From: Thermoplasmata archaeon
GTDB lineage: Archaea; Thermoplasmatota; Thermoplasmata; Thermoplasmatales; GCA-001856825
Direction: 5' to 3'
Assembly (NCBI GenBank): GCA_021792255.1
Contig: JAJYUZ010000001.1
Location: forward strand, 32,001-96,000
Length of the DNA: 64,000 bases
Below are positions 60,139 to 64,000 of this stretch, piece by piece. Position 1 is the first letter of the stretch; each line of letters begins with the position of its first letter. A program made the translations under genes and the position numbers. The notes beneath the pieces are model-generated. The model was not told where the DNA came from. It did not search any database and saw nothing but the letters and a program-made list of their open reading frames with translations.

Positions 60139-61257
60139 ATGAGAGTTCTTGTTCTCGGAGGTGGCATGGTTGGCGAGGGCATTGCCTACGCCCTTAGGTC
60201 CGATAATGATGTTACGATTGCCGACTATAGCTCAGATACACTCCAACGACTTAAGAAAAAATTGGGAGTTAATACAGTAAAAGTGGACGCATTCAAGGAA
60301 CCTTTGGCCCCCGTGATGAAGGATTTTGACGTAGTATCGGGAGCGCTGCCAGGAAGACTGGGAATGAAGGTGATCAAGGAGGCTTGCAACGCGGGCGTCA
60401 ACCTTGTAGATAACAGCTTCATGGAAGAGGATTTTTACAGCCTGGAGAAGGAAGCTAAAGACTCCGGAATTACGATAGTTCCTGACGCAGGAATAGCTCC
60501 AGGCCTTTCTAACGCGATAGTAGGTAGAATCGCCTCGGATTACGAGTATCTGGAAAATGTAGAGATAAAAGTGGGAGGCCTTCCAGAAAAGAACATACCT
60601 CCAATCGGATACAAGGTAGTCTTTTCGCCGATGGATACCTTGGATGAGTTTACCAGAAAGGTTCAAATCATACAAAATGGAAAGTTGACTGAGACTGAAC
60701 CCGGCGAAGGTCTGGAATATTTCTTTGTTAATGGTCTCGGCTCGCTTGAGGCATTCTACACTAACGGACTGAGGTCTCTTCTGCGTAACATCAAGGCGAA
60801 GAACATGGTAGAAAAGACCGTCAGGTACAGGGGGCATATCGAAAAGATGAACTTTTTGAAAGATCTTGGTCTTCTTGGAGAATCAAAAGTGGATTTGAAT
60901 GGTAACGAAATAGTACCGAAGGAACTTCTAGCCGCCCTGTTTCTGAAAAATCTCAGCTTTCCGGAGATCGGAGATGTGCTCTACATGGAAATTAGGGTGA
61001 CACCCGCCAGGGGAAAAGAAGATATCGTATATACGGTATTTGATAAAGAGGATCCAAAGACTGGATACACTGCCATGACGAGAACGACGGGCTTTACCAA
61101 TGCTTCTGTCGCAAGTCTGATGCTAAAGGGAATGATCAAAGAGAAAGGGATTATTCCGCTTGAGGTGGTTGGAAGAGACCCAAAGAACTTCAACGAAATC
61201 ATAGGATTCCTCGAAAAGATGGGAGTATTCGTCTCTGGCCCAGAAAAATCTAGATGA
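60139..61257 (+). CDS. Saccharopine dehydrogenase/lysine 6-dehydrogenase family protein
   Basis: VLGGGMVG, ALPG, DAGIAPGLSN, VGGLP, TNGLRSL, EKTVRY.GH, AMTRTTG. Confidence 0.88.
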   Translation: MRVLVLGGGMVGEGIAYALRSDNDVTIADYSSDTLQRLKKKLGVNTVKVDAFKEPLAPVMKDFDVVSGALPGRLGMKVIKEACNAGVNLVDNSFMEEDFYSLEKEAKDSGITIVPDAGIAPGLSNAIVGRIASDYEYLENVEIKVGGLPEKNIPPIGYKVVFSPMDTLDEFTRKVQIIQNGKLTETEPGEGLEYFFVNGLGSLEAFYTNGLRSLLRNIKAKNMVEKTVRYRGHIEKMNFLKDLGLLGESKVDLNGNEIVPKELLAALFLKNLSFPEIGDVLYMEIRVTPARGKEDIVYTVFDKEDPKTGYTAMTRTTGFTNASVASLMLKGMIKEKGIIPLEVVGRDPKNFNEIIGFLEKMGVFVSGPEKSR

Positions 61258-61898
61258 AGGCAATTTCTCTTCTATCTGGAGGGAAGGATTCATTTCTGAG
61301 CCTAATCATTGCCCTCTCCGTGGGCATGGATGTTGAAAGAACTATAACCGTTAAGGCTGAGCAAGACTCGTACATGTTTCACTATCCTAACGCAGAACTT
61401 GGGAGTAAATTGTCTGAGGCACTGGGTATAAGCAATTCCCTTATTATGGAATCAGAATTTAACAGAATGATTTCTAGGTATCCCGGATACTTCTTAATAG
61501 CTGGAGCGGTTGAGTCGGAATATCAGAAGACCAATTTGGAAGAGATATGTGAAAACTTTGGGTTGAAGACTTTCTTTCCTCTGTGGAGAAAGAATCAGGA
61601 ATCAATAATAGTGGATTTTATTTCCACGGGCTCGGAAGGAATTTTCGTTTCCGTCGCAGCCGAAGGGCTCGGTTTAAATCTCTTAGGCAAGCCAATCAAT
61701 GAAGATTCCCTCGAGATACTAAAGAAGATGAACAAAAAATACGGAATTTCAATTGTTGGCGAGGGAGGGGAGTATGAGACACTGATAACGTGCTCTCCTT
61801 TCTCTGCAACGTGCATAAAAATTGTTCATTCAGTTATTATTGACCGAGGGATTCAGAAGAACCTAATAATAAAGAATTACGAGACAGTTAATCCCTGA
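61254..61898 (+). CDS. dph6: Diphthine-ammonia ligase
   Basis: SGGKDS, DSYMFH.PN, GAVESEYQK, PLW, VAAEGL, GEGGEYET. Confidence 0.88.
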   Translation: MKAISLLSGGKDSFLSLIIALSVGMDVERTITVKAEQDSYMFHYPNAELGSKLSEALGISNSLIMESEFNRMISRYPGYFLIAGAVESEYQKTNLEEICENFGLKTFFPLWRKNQESIIVDFISTGSEGIFVSVAAEGLGLNLLGKPINEDSLEILKKMNKKYGISIVGEGGEYETLITCSPFSATCIKIVHSVIIDRGIQKNLIIKNYETVNP

Positions 61899-62355
61899 TA
61901 AAGTGGGACACTCCAGAGGGATCACTCATCGAGATGGTGAAGCGCAATTTACCCTCTACGGCATCTTTAATCTTTCTTTCTATTTCTTCCACTTTTTTAC
62001 GGTCTTCAAATAAGGGCAAGAGTTTTAGAAATCTGTTGAGAAGCCCCTCGACGTTGGTGATGAATGACTCAGCTAATGGACCGGGATAGAGCTCGAGTCC
62101 AAGCTCCGGAATCAGCATTGTCGCTCCGCTTCCCCTTACCAATTTGATGTCAAGATCCTTCTTTTCTCTTATCTCCACGCTGTCTTCTTTCTGGAAATTG
62201 CCCTGGAAAGCGAAATCGTTGATCCTGTATCCACACTTCTTGCACCTCATGTAGTAGTGAATAACGTTTCCAAAGTGCGGAATGTCCAACTCGTCCATGC
62301 CTTTCTCCATCGACTTCTCCGAACAAGCAGGACAGGCTATATCTGTTTCGTCCAT
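61888..62355 (-). CDS. ZPR1-type zinc finger protein
   Basis: CPAC...IPHFG...CKKCGYR..D, IPELGL..PGP, ITNVEGLL, DPSG.S. Confidence 0.9.
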   Translation of the reverse strand: MDETDIACPACSEKSMEKGMDELDIPHFGNVIHYYMRCKKCGYRINDFAFQGNFQKEDSVEIREKKDLDIKLVRGSGATMLIPELGLELYPGPLAESFITNVEGLLNRFLKLLPLFEDRKKVEEIERKIKDAVEGKLRFTISMSDPSGVSHFIRD

Positions 62356-63386
62356 TCTAGCAGTCTACCTCTGTAAATTTTTCGGACCTTCTTTATGTCA
62401 TTGAGATTAGAACATCCAGTCAAAAACATTGCCGCTTTGAGTTCATTTTCAAGTTGCGATATCAAGATAGAGACTGCCTTATCGGATTGGATTGCCGCCT
62501 TCAGGAACGTGGATGCGAGTCCTCCAAGCGAGGCTCCCATGGCCAGGCCTCTGAACACATCCAGCCCGGTCCTGATGCCACCCGATGCTATCATTGGAAG
62601 TTCCACATCATCGCATATCAGACATATCGGAGAAGGGATTCCCCAGTTCCAGAAGGTCTTGCCAATTCTTTCCTTTGGTTCGTCTTCCTTGCTCCTGCTT
62701 CTTAAGGACTCCACAGCCGCAAATGAAGTACCGGACCTTCCACCAACATCTATTGCAGAGACTCCAAGCTGTTTAAATTCAAGAGAGTCCTGTGTGGAGA
62801 ATCCAGCTCCAGTCTCTTTTGCAATTATCTTGTATTTTTTTGAAAGATCTCCTACTCTTTTCTTTATTCCCTTGGAATTCCTATCTCCCTCTGGTTGCGA
62901 TAACTCTTGAACGAAATTGAAATGGACTGCTAGCGCGTCTGCTTTGATCAGGCTGACCGCGTACTCTATTTCCAGGTCACTCAGAGCGTTCTTGTCCTGT
63001 TTAATTAGCTGAGGTGCTCCAATATTAGCGATCCTGAACGGTACGTCATATTCGGCAACGACCGAGTAAGAGTCTCCCATTTCCCTATTCTGAATCGCAG
63101 CTCTTTCGGACCCGACTCCCATTGCAATTCCTGCTTCTGCTGCCCCCCTTGCAAGATTCTCGTTTATCTTCTTTGTATCCGGGTGTCCTCCTGTCATGGA
63201 AGATATGAGAATAGGCAGCTTGAGCTTCTTTCCCAGAAACTTTGTCGAAGTATTTATCTCATCAAAATTTACCTCTGGCATAGATTTTTGGATAATGTCG
63301 ATGTCATCCCAGTAATTGTAATCGTGGGAGACGTCCTGCGTGGATATGATATCTATGTGTTCCAGTTTTCGCCTCTCGACGGTCAT
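62337..63386 (-). CDS. fni: Type 2 isopentenyl-diphosphate isomerase
   Basis: RKLEHI, SSMTGG, MGVGSER, NIGAPQL, QPEGD, KETGAG, GTSFAAVE, WGIP, ASGGIR. Confidence 0.95.
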   Translation of the reverse strand: MTVERRKLEHIDIISTQDVSHDYNYWDDIDIIQKSMPEVNFDEINTSTKFLGKKLKLPILISSMTGGHPDTKKINENLARGAAEAGIAMGVGSERAAIQNREMGDSYSVVAEYDVPFRIANIGAPQLIKQDKNALSDLEIEYAVSLIKADALAVHFNFVQELSQPEGDRNSKGIKKRVGDLSKKYKIIAKETGAGFSTQDSLEFKQLGVSAIDVGGRSGTSFAAVESLRSRSKEDEPKERIGKTFWNWGIPSPICLICDDVELPMIASGGIRTGLDVFRGLAMGASLGGLASTFLKAAIQSDKAVSILISQLENELKAAMFLTGCSNLNDIKKVRKIYRGRLLEWTKQI

Positions 63387-64000
63387 GTGATCACCGTGGA
63401 AATAGTTTCCATCCCTCGGAAGTAACGTCCCAATCTCTCAGGCTTTTTTCCATTCAGGACAACCACTCTTCTACTATAGGCTACCATTTTCTTAATCCTT
63501 TCCATCTTTCCTGCCATTGATCCAGTTGCGTCCGTGTCGGTGTCCACAACCGATATCATCTTCGACTTTATTGAAGGGATTAATTTGGCGTTCTTGTTCT
63601 TCTTTGGGTCTCTATCATAGAGTCCATCAACGTCCGTTAGGAACACAACTGACTCTGGCCTGAACTTCCTAGAAAGATCGAGCGCGATTTCATCCCCGGA
63701 GATTATTCTATATTTCCCGTTGAAAAGAATTATGTCTCCGTAAAGTACAGGAACGAATCCCTTCCTAAGCAATGACTGAACTGGTTTGAAATCAGGTTTA
63801 TTTGAATTGTAAATTACGTGGGGAGGGACAGATATTGCCTTTACTCCCTTCGCATTGAGTTCGTCCACGATTTCTGAGTCGAGGGTGAGCACGTCTGAAA
63901 TCACTCTTGCTATCTCCGCTTCTCTTCCTTTAATCGGTCCAGGTTTATCCAGCCCGAATTTGAGTGCAAGAATATGACCGAACGAACCTGCTCCGTGGAT
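63383..64000 (-). CDS. ipk: Isopentenyl phosphate kinase (5' end outside window)
   Basis: Frame is open to the window edge with IHGAGSFGH; VPVLYGD, ISGD, DVDGLY, DATGSMAGK; overlaps fni. Confidence 0.92.
   Translation of the reverse strand: MHGAGSFGHILALKFGLDKPGPIKGREAEIARVISDVLTLDSEIVDELNAKGVKAISVPPHVIYNSNKPDFKPVQSLLRKGFVPVLYGDIILFNGKYRIISGDEIALDLSRKFRPESVVFLTDVDGLYDRDPKKNKNAKLIPSIKSKMISVVDTDTDATGSMAGKMERIKKMVAYSRRVVVLNGKKPERLGRYFRGMETISTVIT

Noticed and set aside
1-64000. CRISPR arrays, rRNA genes, intact IS elements, inteins, ORB-type replication origin
   Set aside because: No regularly spaced repeats, transposase or integrase motifs, intein insertions in polB/cdc48/smc, or cdc6-linked ORB boxes were seen by eye.

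Overview
Chromosomal segment of an archaeon, most likely an acidophilic Thermoplasmatota/Thermoplasmatales-type euryarchaeon (inferred from gene content: archaeal SAM synthetase, TFB-Gar1, VAT/Cdc48, FtsZ, SMC-ScpA, PolB, IPK/IDI-2, bacterial-type PurH, menA/menG, Ta0216-type radical SAM). Most of it is dense housekeeping DNA: topA (partial), smc-scpA, rpa operon, cdc48-PRC barrel-rpl41e-tRNA-Trp divergent from ftsZ, pyrG-gar1-tfb-tRNA-Lys, polB, trm112-nreA, pyrH, dph6, zpr1, fni, ipk (partial). It also holds a type IV pilus-like operon with two ATPases and two TadC-like proteins, and a xanthine-oxidase-family (CoxMSL/CutBCA) molybdoenzyme cluster with its maturation genes. There are three tRNA genes; tRNA-Trp carries an intron-encoded box C/D guide RNA. 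I found no CRISPR array, rRNA, transposase or integrase. The least explained part is the accessory stretch at about 17.6-22.7 kb next to tRNA-Trp. It contains a 59-aa Gly/Ala/His-rich peptide gene missed by the ORF track and bracketed by an inverted repeat and a hairpin, an orphan wHTH switch, a roughly 12-TM protein with symmetrically placed histidines, and a PIN-toxin pseudogene. All calls come from reading motifs by eye; no database searches were run.
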